DNA from: Anaeromyxobacter sp. | GTDB lineage: Bacteria; Myxococcota; Myxococcia; Myxococcales; Anaeromyxobacteraceae | Length of the DNA: 64,000 bases | Direction of reading: 5' to 3' | NCBI GenBank assembly: GCA_049840735.1 | Contig: JASGJN010000002.1 | Location: 128,001-192,000, forward strand | Shown: in pieces, positions 56,037 to 64,000 of the stretch | Layout: every line of letters starts with the position of its first letter | Numbering within the stretch: position 1 is the first letter of the stretch | The notes under the pieces: model-generated | Databases searched by the model: none | The model's input: only the letters and a program-made list of their open reading frames with translations | What the model was told of the DNA's origin: nothing | Translations under genes and position numbers: made by a program

Positions 56037-57263
56037 CTAGCCTCGTCGCGGGTTTCTGGCCAGCCGGCCGCTCCGGCGGTCCCGCGGCACGGTCCCGGTG
56101 ACGAGCACGTCGTCCCCGAGGCGCTCCACCGACACCTGGTCCAGCCGCAGGGCGTCGGACATGCGGGCCAGCCCGGCCCGCCCCCCGGGCCGGCCCAGCG
56201 GGCCGCCCACCCAGGACACACCGTCCGCGCCGGCAAGCTTCGGCGCCACGAAGACCACCGCCCGGTCGGCCAGCCGGGCCGCCAGGAAGGCCGCGTGGAC
56301 CCGGGCCCCGCCCTCCACCAGCAGGTGCGTGATGCCCCGCTGCGCCAGCTGGGCCAGCAGGTCGCGCAGGTCCACGCCGCCCGGGCCGGGGCGGCAGCGC
56401 AGCAGCTCGACGCCCGGGCCGGTCCGGCGCTTCCGGGCGCTGGCGTGCGCCACCCAGGTCGGCGCGGTCGAGCCCGGGTGGAAGAGCTTGAGCCGGGGCG
56501 GCAGGGTCAGGTCCGTGTCCAGCACCACGCGGACCGGGTCGCGGCCGCGCCCACCCGGGAGCCGGGTGGTCAGGGCGGGGTCGTCGGCCCGGGCCGTGCC
56601 GGCGCCCACCAGCACCGCGTCCACCCGGTCGCGCAGCGCGTGCACCCGGGCCCGCGCCTCCGGGCCGGTGACCCAGCGGGCGTCGCCGGTGCGGGTGGCC
56701 AGCTTGCCGTCCAGCGTGACCGCCGCCTTGAGGGTGACGAAGGGCCGGCGCTCGCGGATGTAGGTGAACCAGGCGGCGTTGAGCGCGTCGCACTCGGCGG
56801 TCAGCACGCCCGGCACCACCTCCACCCCGCGGCGGCGCAGCCGGGCCATGCCGCGCCCGTTGACCAGCGGGTTGGGATCCCGGGAGCCCACGTAGACGCG
56901 CCGCACCCCGGCCGCCAGGATGGCGGCCGAGCAGGGGGGCGTCCGGCCCTGGTGATCGCAGGGCTCGAGCGTGGTGTAGAGGTCGGCGCCGCGGGCCCGG
57001 GCGCCGGCCGCGCGCAGCGCGACCACCTCGGCGTGCGGGCCGCCGGCGCGGGCGTGGTGACCGCGGGCGATGACCCGGCCGTTCTTGACCAGCACCGCGC
57101 CGACCGCCGGGTTGGGGCTGGTCCGCCCCAGGCCGCGGGCCGCCTCGCGGAGCGCCACCCGCATGAAGAACTCGGCCACGGCGCGGTCCAGCAGCGCCGC
57201 GCGCGCCGGCCGCCGCGGCGGCCGCGTGCGGCCCCGCCGGCCCCGGACGACGACCCGGGTCAT
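56037..57263 (-). CDS. ribD: Riboflavin deaminase/reductase RibD
   Basis: [37 protein letters not shown]. Confidence 0.96.
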   Translation of the reverse strand: MTRVVVRGRRGRTRPPRRPARAALLDRAVAEFFMRVALREAARGLGRTSPNPAVGAVLVKNGRVIARGHHARAGGPHAEVVALRAAGARARGADLYTTLEPCDHQGRTPPCSAAILAAGVRRVYVGSRDPNPLVNGRGMARLRRRGVEVVPGVLTAECDALNAAWFTYIRERRPFVTLKAAVTLDGKLATRTGDARWVTGPEARARVHALRDRVDAVLVGAGTARADDPALTTRLPGGRGRDPVRVVLDTDLTLPPRLKLFHPGSTAPTWVAHASARKRRTGPGVELLRCRPGPGGVDLRDLLAQLAQRGITHLLVEGGARVHAAFLAARLADRAVVFVAPKLAGADGVSWVGGPLGRPGGRAGLARMSDALRLDQVSVERLGDDVLVTGTVPRDRRSGRLARNPRRG

Positions 57264-57735
57264 CGGCCGTCCTCCTCCCCGTCCGGCTTCTTCGCGAGCC
57301 CCTCCAGCTCGGTCATGAACTCGCCCACGTCGCGGAAGGCCCGGTACACGGAGGCGAAGCGGACGTAGGCCACCTCGTCCACGCTGCGGAGCCGGCGCAT
57401 GACCGCCTCGCCGATGGCCGGCGTGGGGATCTCGCGCTCGCCGCGGTCCTGGACCTCGCGCTCCACCGCGGCCACCAGGGCCTCGATCTGCTCCGTCGAG
57501 ACGGGCCGCTTCTGGCAGGCGATGGCCACGCCCTCGACGATCTTGCGCCGGTCGAAGGCCTCCCGCCGGCCGTCCTTCTTCACCACCTGCGGGAGGACCT
57601 CCTCGATCCGCTCGTAGGTGGTGAAGCGGCGGCTGCACCCCGAGCACTCGCGGCGCCGGCGGGTGGTCTGCCCGTCGCCGGTCTGCGCGAGTCGACCACG
57701 CGATCCTCGAGATGTCCGCAGTAGGGGCAGCGCAC
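57260..57735 (-). CDS. nrdR: Transcriptional repressor NrdR, frameshift near 57685
   Basis: MRCPYC...[26 protein letters not shown] cone, [10 protein letters not shown]. Confidence 0.95.
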
Positions 57736-57811
57736 GCCGTATGGTCTCCTCGCCGGTCCCGCCGGCCCGGCGCCGCGTGGGCGCGGGCCGGACAGGTCCC
57801 GGAGGAGCGTT

Positions 57812-59065
57812 CTACACCCGATCCGCGTACATCGGGAACTGCGCGCAGAGCTCGCGGACCTCGCCGCGGATCCTGGCCAGCGCCGCCTCGTCGGTGGGGG
57901 CGTCCAGCGCGCGGCCGATGAGCTGGGCGACGCGGGTCATCTCGGCCGTCCCCATCCCGCGGGTGGTCAGGGCCGGGGTCCCGACGCGGATGCCGGAGGT
58001 GACGAAGGGCTTCTCCGGATCCCAGGGGATCATGTTCTTGTTGACCGTGATGCCGGCCTTGCCCAGCGCCTCCTCGGCCACCTTGCCGGTCAGCTTCTTG
58101 GGGCGGAGGTCCACCAGCATCAGGTGGTTGTCGGTGCCGCCGGAGACCAGCCGCAGGCCGGCCGAGACCAGCCCGGCCGCCAGCGCCCTGGCGTTCTCCA
58201 CGATCCGCTGCTGGTAGACCTTGAACTCCGGCCGCAGCGCCTCGCCCAGCGCCACCGCCTTGGCGGCGATGACGTGCTCCAGCGGGCCGCCCTGGATGCC
58301 CGGGAAGATCTGCGAGTTGAGCGTCTTGGCGTGCGCCTCGCGGCTGAGGATCAGGCCGCCGCGGGGGCCGCGCAGGGTCTTGTGCGTGGTGGTGGTGACC
58401 AGCTCGGCGTACGGCACCGGCGACGGGTGGACGCCCGCCGCGACCAGGCCGGCGATGTGGGCCATGTCCACCATCATGACCGCCCCGACCTCGCGGGCGA
58501 TCTCGGCGAACCTCTCGAAGTGGAGCGTCCGCGGGTAGGCGCTGGCGCCGACCATCAGCACGCGCGGCCGGTGCTCGCGGGCCAGGCGCGCCACCTCGTC
58601 CATGTCGATGGTCTCGTCCGCCTGGCGCAGGCCGTAGGGGACGATCTTGAAGAGCTTGCCGGAGAAGTTGACCGGCGAGCCGTGCGTCAGGTGGCCGCCG
58701 AAGTTGAGGCTCATGGCCAGGATGGTGTCGCCCGGCTGCGCCACCGCGAAGTAGGCGGCCATGTTGGCCTGGGAGCCGGAGTGCGGCTGCACGTTGGCGT
58801 GCTCGGCCCCGAACAGCTGCTTGGCGCGGTCGATGGCCAGCTGCTCCACCTGGTCCACCACCTCGCAGCCGCCGTAGTACCGCTTGCCCGGGTAGCCCTC
58901 GGCGTACTTGTTCGTGAGGGTGGAGCCGGCCGCCTCCATCACCGCCGGGGAGACGAAGTTCTCGCTGGCGATGAGCTCGAGCCCCTCGGCCTGGCGGCGG
59001 GTCTCCTCGCGGATGAGCTTGGCGATCTGCGGATCGGCCTCGGCGAGCGGCTGCTTGGGCATCAT
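57812..59065 (-). CDS. glyA: Serine hydroxymethyltransferase
   Basis: [41 protein letters not shown]. Confidence 0.98.
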   Translation of the reverse strand: MMPKQPLAEADPQIAKLIREETRRQAEGLELIASENFVSPAVMEAAGSTLTNKYAEGYPGKRYYGGCEVVDQVEQLAIDRAKQLFGAEHANVQPHSGSQANMAAYFAVAQPGDTILAMSLNFGGHLTHGSPVNFSGKLFKIVPYGLRQADETIDMDEVARLAREHRPRVLMVGASAYPRTLHFERFAEIAREVGAVMMVDMAHIAGLVAAGVHPSPVPYAELVTTTTHKTLRGPRGGLILSREAHAKTLNSQIFPGIQGGPLEHVIAAKAVALGEALRPEFKVYQQRIVENARALAAGLVSAGLRLVSGGTDNHLMLVDLRPKKLTGKVAEEALGKAGITVNKNMIPWDPEKPFVTSGIRVGTPALTTRGMGTAEMTRVAQLIGRALDAPTDEAALARIRGEVRELCAQFPMYADRV

Positions 59066-59148
59066 CGTCGTGTCCTCCTGTGCCCTGGCGCGGCGGCGCT
59101 CGGGGCCCGCATTGATATCGCGGCCCGGGTCCCCGGGCAACGCGCGGA

Positions 59149-59586
59149 TCAGCGCTCCAGGGCCATGATCTTGGCCACCCGGCCGGCGTGCCGGCCGCCC
59201 TCGAAGGGCGTCTCCAGGAAGGCCTTCACGATGGCGGCGCCCACGCCCGGCCCCACCACCCGCTCCCCCAGGCACAGGACGTTGGCGTCGTTGTGCGCCC
59301 GGGCCATGCGGGCCTCGAACTCGGTGGAGCAGTGGGCGGCCCGGACGCCGTCCACCTTGTTGGCGGCGATGGACATGCCGATGCCGGTCCCGCACACCAG
59401 GATCCCCAGGTCGGCCCGCCCCGCCACCACCGCCTCGGCCACCTGCCGGGCGGCGTCCGGGTAGTCCACCCGCTCGCCCGCCGCCGGGCCGAGATCCTCG
59501 ACCTGGCACCCCGCCGCCTGCGCTGTCTTGACCACCTCGGCCCGGAGGGCGATGCCGGCGTGGTCGGAGGAGGTGATGAGCTTCAT
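59149..59586 (-). CDS. rpiB: Ribose-5-phosphate isomerase B
   Basis: SDHAG, DYPD, CGTGIG, HNDAN, GGRH. Confidence 0.96.
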   Translation of the reverse strand: MKLITSSDHAGIALRAEVVKTAQAAGCQVEDLGPAAGERVDYPDAARQVAEAVVAGRADLGILVCGTGIGMSIAANKVDGVRAAHCSTEFEARMARAHNDANVLCLGERVVGPGVGAAIVKAFLETPFEGGRHAGRVAKIMALER

Positions 59587-59671
59587 GGGGGCCTCGGGAG
59601 GCGGCCTCAGGCGTCGGGCCCCAGGCGTGGAGAGGCGGCCTGAGGCCCTGGGTACGCGGCGCGCGCCGCCC

Positions 59672-60913
59672 TCAGACTCGCTTGAACAGCACCACCGCGT
59701 TGGTCCCGCCGAACCCGAACGAGTTCGACATGGCGTAGTCCACCCGGACCTCGCGCGCCGTGTTGGGGATCACGTCCAGCGGGCACTCCGGGTCCTGGTC
59801 CTCGACGTTGATGGTCGGGGGCAGGACGCCCTTGGCGATGGCCAGGACCGTGATGACGGCCTCGGCGCCGCCGGCCGCGCCCAGCAGGTGGCCCAGCATC
59901 GACTTGGTCGAGCTGACCATCAGCCCCTTCTTCGCGTGCTCGCCGAAGACCTTGGCGATGCCCTGGCACTCGGCCGGATCGCCGGCCGGGGTGGAGGTGC
60001 CGTGGGTGTTGATGTAGCCGACCTGCTCCGGGTTGATGGCGGCGTCGCGCAGCGCCATCTTCATCGCGCGCTGGCCGCCCTCGCCCTCGGGGGCCGGGGA
60101 GGTGATGTGGTACGCGTCGGCGGTGGCGCCGTAGCCCACCAGCTCGGCGTAGACGCGCGCGCCGCGGGCGCGGGCGTGCTCGTACTCCTCGAGGATCAGG
60201 ATGCCGGAGCCCTCGCCGGCCACGAAGCCGTCGCGCCCCTTGTCGAAGGGCCGGCTGGCCTTCTCCGGCGCGTCGTTCCGCTCGGAGAGGGCGCGCGCGG
60301 CGCAGAAGCCGCCGATGCCCAGCGGCGTGATGGTGGCCTCGCAGCCGCCGGTGACCATCACGTCGGCCATGCCGCGCTCGATCACCATCATGGCGTCGCC
60401 GATGGAGTGGTTGCCGGTGGCGCAGGCGGAGACGGGCGAGTAGTTCGGCCCCTTCATGCCGTAGCGCAGGCTGATCTGGCCGGGGGCCAGGTTGATGATG
60501 AGCGACGGGATGAAGAACGGGCCGATCTTCTTGACCCCCTTCGCCATGAACGTCGTGTGCTCGTCCTCGATGCTGCCCAGGCCGCCGATGCCGGCGCCCA
60601 CGATGCAGCCGACGCGCTCGGCGTCGACCTTGGCCATGTCGAGGCCGGCGTCCTTCACCGCCATGTCGGCCGCCGCCAGCGCGAACTGGATGAAGCGGTC
60701 GTTGCGGCGCGCCTCCTTGCGGTCCATGAACTGCGAGGGGTCGAACCCCTTCACCTCGCCGGCGATGCGGGTCGGGAAGGTGGAGGCGTCGAAGAGCGTG
60801 ATGGGCCCGATGCCGCTCTTGCCCGCCAGCAGCCCGCTCCACGAGGGATTGACTCCGACCCCCAGCGGCGAGACCAGCCCCACTCCGGTGACGACGACGC
60901 GACGCCTGCTCAT
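59672..60913 (-). CDS. fabF: Beta-ketoacyl-ACP synthase II
   Basis: SACATG, HGTST, KSMLGHLLG, NSFGFGG. Confidence 0.97.
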   Translation of the reverse strand: MSRRRVVVTGVGLVSPLGVGVNPSWSGLLAGKSGIGPITLFDASTFPTRIAGEVKGFDPSQFMDRKEARRNDRFIQFALAAADMAVKDAGLDMAKVDAERVGCIVGAGIGGLGSIEDEHTTFMAKGVKKIGPFFIPSLIINLAPGQISLRYGMKGPNYSPVSACATGNHSIGDAMMVIERGMADVMVTGGCEATITPLGIGGFCAARALSERNDAPEKASRPFDKGRDGFVAGEGSGILILEEYEHARARGARVYAELVGYGATADAYHITSPAPEGEGGQRAMKMALRDAAINPEQVGYINTHGTSTPAGDPAECQGIAKVFGEHAKKGLMVSSTKSMLGHLLGAAGGAEAVITVLAIAKGVLPPTINVEDQDPECPLDVIPNTAREVRVDYAMSNSFGFGGTNAVVLFKRV

Positions 60914-61054
60914 GGACCGTATCCTCCAGAAGACGTGAGACCAGCGGAGCGGCGAGGTCCCCCCGGGCCTGCCGCCCGCACCATCCCCCTCGGGGCCCGG
61001 GGCGCGCCACCCCGCCTCGCGGCGTGCGGCGATCGCCCGGACCGGCGGGTGAGG

Positions 61055-61294
61055 CTACTTCTTGTGCGTGGTGACGTAGTTGACCGCGTCCTGCACGGTC
61101 TTGATGTTCTCGGCCTCCTCGTCGGGGATCTCGACCTCGAACTCCTCCTCCATCGCCATGACCAGCTCGACGATGTCGAGCGAGTCCGCGCCGAGGTCCT
61201 CGATGAAGCTGGAGGTCTGCTTGATCTCGTCCTCGCCGACGCCCAGCTGGTCCGCGATGATGTTCTTCACCTTCTGCTCGATCGTTGCCGACAT
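61055..61294 (-). CDS. acpP: Acyl carrier protein
   Basis: [14 protein letters not shown]. Confidence 0.98.
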   Translation of the reverse strand: MSATIEQKVKNIIADQLGVGEDEIKQTSSFIEDLGADSLDIVELVMAMEEEFEVEIPDEEAENIKTVQDAVNYVTTHKK

Positions 61295-61345
61295 GGTGTC
61301 CTCCTCCGTTGGGTGGTGCGAAGGCCGCAGCGACGCTGCGGCTGG

Positions 61346-62095
61346 CTACATGTACATCCCGCCGTTGACCCGCAGCGTCTCGCCGGTCACGTACGCCGCC
61401 CGATCGCTCGCCAGGAACGCGACCGCGTCGGCCACGTCCTGCGCGCTGCCCAGCCGCGCGAGCGGGATCAGCTCCTGCATCTTCGTCTTGGCCGCCTCCG
61501 GGAGGCCAGCGGTCATGTCGGTGTCGATGTAACCCGGCGCGACCGCGTTGACCCGGACGTTGCGCGAGGCCAGCTCGCGGGCCACCGACTTGGTGAGGCC
61601 GATGAGCCCGGCCTTGGTGGCGGCGTAGGCGGCCTGCCCGGCGTTGCCCATCTCCCCGACCACCGAGGTCAGGTTCACGATGGCCCCGCCCCGCTGCTTC
61701 ATCATCGGGCGGGTGACGGCCTTCATCAGGTTGAAGGCGCCGGTCAGGTTGACCTGCAGCTGGCGGTTCCAGTCCTCGTCCTTGAGCCGCATGAGCAGCT
61801 GGTCCACCGCGATGCCAGCGTTGTTCACCAGCACGTGCAGCCCGCCCCACTCGGCCACGATGGCCTCCACCGCCGCGCTGCAGGCGGCCGGGTCGGCCAC
61901 GTCGAAGCGGTACAGCTTGGCGCGCGGCGCGCCCGCCTCCTGCACCAGCTTGAGCGCCTCGGCGGCGGCGGCCTCGTTCCCGGCGTAGTTGAGCGCGACG
62001 CTGGCCCCGCCCCGGGCGAGCGTGACCGCGATGGCGCGGCCGATGCCGCGCGACGCGCCGGTGACGAGGGCGACCTTGCCCTGGAAGTCGAACAT
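61346..62095 (-). CDS. fabG: 3-oxoacyl-ACP reductase
   Basis: TGASRGIG, NNAG, YAATK. Confidence 0.97.
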   Translation of the reverse strand: MFDFQGKVALVTGASRGIGRAIAVTLARGGASVALNYAGNEAAAAEALKLVQEAGAPRAKLYRFDVADPAACSAAVEAIVAEWGGLHVLVNNAGIAVDQLLMRLKDEDWNRQLQVNLTGAFNLMKAVTRPMMKQRGGAIVNLTSVVGEMGNAGQAAYAATKAGLIGLTKSVARELASRNVRVNAVAPGYIDTDMTAGLPEAAKTKMQELIPLARLGSAQDVADAVAFLASDRAAYVTGETLRVNGGMYM

Positions 62096-62101
62096 GGCTG
62101 C

Positions 62102-63053
62102 CTACGCTCCCTGGCCCTTGAGGGCCGTGAGGGTCTTCTCCAGCGAGGCCCGATCCTCGACGTGATGGACCTCGATGCCCTTCTCGATGCGCTTGACCAG
62201 GCTGGACAGCACCTTGCCCGGTCCGACCTCCACCACGCGCGTGACACCCTGCCGCGCCAGCTCCTGGACGCACTCGATCCAGCGCACCGGGGCCGTGACC
62301 TGCTCCACGAGGAGGGGCACGATCCGGGCCGGGTCGGCGTTGGGCGTGGCCTCGACGTTGGTGACCACCGGCGCCGAGGGCGCCTTCCAGGCGATGGCCC
62401 GGAGGACCGGCTCCAGCCGGGCCTTCACCGGCTGCATCAGGGCCGAGTGGAAGGGAGCGGAGACGGGGAGCGGCACCACGCGCTTGGCGCCGGCGGCCTT
62501 GAGCCGCTCGCCCGCCTTCTCGACCGCGCCCGCCGTCCCGGCGATCACCACCTGGACCGGGTCGTTGTAGTTGGCCGGCGCCACCAGCTCGCCGGTCTCT
62601 GCGGTCACCGCGTCGCAGAATCTCCTTCACCGCGGGAGGATGGAGCCCCAGCACGGCGCTCATGGCGCCCTGCCCGGCCGGCACGGCCTCCTGCATGAAG
62701 CTGCCGCGGGCGCGCACCGCGCGGGCCGCCTCGGCCGCGCCGCAGGCAGAGGCCGCCACCAGCGCCGAGTACTCGCCCAGCGAGTGGCCGGCCACCAGGT
62801 CCGGCTTCAGGCCCTCGCGGGCCAGCACCGCCGCGGCGGCCGCCGAGACGGTGAGGATGCAGGGCTGGGTGTTGGCGGTCAGCTTGAGCCGGTCCTCGGG
62901 CCCTTCGAAGCAGAGGCGCGAGATCTCCCCGTCCAGCGCGGCGTCGGCCGCCTGGAAGACGGCGCGGGCCTCGGGGAAGGCGTCGTGGAGGTCCTTCCCC
63001 ATGCCGACGGTCTGCGACCCCTGGCCCGGGAAGACGAAGGCGAGCTTGCCCAT
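62102..63053 (-). CDS. fabD: Malonyl-CoA:ACP transacylase, frameshift near 62620
   Basis: FPGQGSQ, GHSLGEY, SAPFHS. Confidence 0.96.
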
Positions 63054-63080
63054 GGTGTGTGTTCTCCTCGGTGACCCGGC

Positions 63081-64000
63081 CTACCAGCGGACCAGGCTCG
63101 CGCCCCAGGCCATGCCGGCGCCAATCCCCATCATCAGGACCACGTCACCCGGCTGCAGCCTCCCGGCGCGGTTGGCCTCGTCGAGCGTCATGGGGACGCT
63201 GGCCGACGAGGTGTTGCCGTACTTCTCGAGATTCATCCAGCAGCGCTCGGGCGGCACGCCCAGGCGCTCCAGGGTGGCGTCCAGGATCCGCTTGTTGGCC
63301 TGGTGCGCGATGACGTGGTTCACGTCGGAGGGGGCGAGGTGCTCGACGGCCAGCACCTCGCGGCTGACGTCCTCCAGCGCGCGGACGGCCACCTTGAAGA
63401 CCTCGCGGCCGTTCATCTTCACGAAGTGCGACCGCTCGCGGACCACCTTCTCCGAGATGGGGTCGGCGGAGCCGCCGCCCGGCATGAGCAGGATGGGCAC
63501 CAGCGAGCCGTCGGAGTGGAGCTTGGTGGCGATCACGCCGCGCTTCGGGTCCTCGGTGGGCTTGAGCACCATGGCGCCGGCGGCGTCGCCGAAGAGGATG
63601 GCGGTGTTCCGGTCGGACCAGTCGGTGATCTTGGAGAGCGACTCGGCGCCGATCACCAGCGCGTTCTTCACCTGGCCGGAGGAGACGAACCGGTCGGCGA
63701 TGGAGAGCGCGTAGAGCGAGCCGGCGCAGGCGGCGGAGACGTCGAAGGCGAAGGCCTTCTTGTTGCCCAGCTTCCCCTGGAGCACCGCGGCGCAGGAGGG
63801 GAACGGGTAGTCGGCCGTGATGGTGCCGACCACGATCAGCTCCACGTCCTCCGGGGCGATCCCGGCCGAGGCCAGGGCGCGGCGGGAGGCCTGCAGGGCC
63901 AGGTCGCTGGTGGCCTCGTCGGCGCGGGCGATGTGCCGCTCACGGATGCCGGTCCGCTCCACGATCCACTGGTCGTTGGTCTCGACCAGCTTCTCGAGAT
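63081..64000 (-). CDS. fabH: Beta-ketoacyl-ACP synthase III (5' end off window)
   Basis: AACAG, FGDAAGA, HQAN, GNTSSAS. Confidence 0.96.
   Translation of the reverse strand, partial: LEKLVETNDQWIVERTGIRERHIARADEATSDLALQASRRALASAGIAPEDVELIVVGTITADYPFPSCAAVLQGKLGNKKAFAFDVSAACAGSLYALSIADRFVSSGQVKNALVIGAESLSKITDWSDRNTAILFGDAAGAMVLKPTEDPKRGVIATKLHSDGSLVPILLMPGGGSADPISEKVVRERSHFVKMNGREVFKVAVRALEDVSREVLAVEHLAPSDVNHVIAHQANKRILDATLERLGVPPERCWMNLEKYGNTSSASVPMTLDEANRAGRLQPGDVVLMMGIGAGMAWGASLVRW

Noticed and set aside
57736..57811. FMN riboswitch for the rib genes
   Set aside because: The gap is too short and lacks RFN consensus; the rib genes are coupled to nrdR.
59672..64000. Polyketide or secondary-metabolite cluster
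   Set aside because: Standard fatty-acid synthesis operon fabH-fabD-fabG-acpP-fabF.

Overview
Very high-GC chromosomal segment of a myxobacterium; gene content and order point to an Anaeromyxobacter-like member of the Myxococcota. It is mostly core genome: topA-dprA-tsaP-pgeF, a GGDEF cyclase, aglZ, prfB-lnt-ybeY-HD-phoH, mazG, rpsT-lptE-leuS, asnS, a receptor-less che cluster, nusB-rib-nrdR-glyA-rpiB and fabF-acpP-fabG-fabD-fabH. Accessory or unexplained elements: (1) a four-gene module of secreted SGNH hydrolase, membrane protein, conserved hypothetical and a second catalytically intact Lnt, with a structured RBS-occluding leader; (2) a multi-hairpin REP-like repeat family, including a tandem array that triplicates the aglZ 3' end, plus a RAYT-type HUH transposase bounded by inverted repeats; (3) a DnaA-box cluster between mazG and rpsT; (4) a candidate sigma54-driven sRNA. 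I count 17 single-base frameshifts in conserved genes besides the programmed prfB one. Thirteen sit on GATC or GAGACC/GGTCTC, which suggests methylation-linked long-read errors rather than pseudogenes. All calls are by eye from motifs and synteny; no searches were run.
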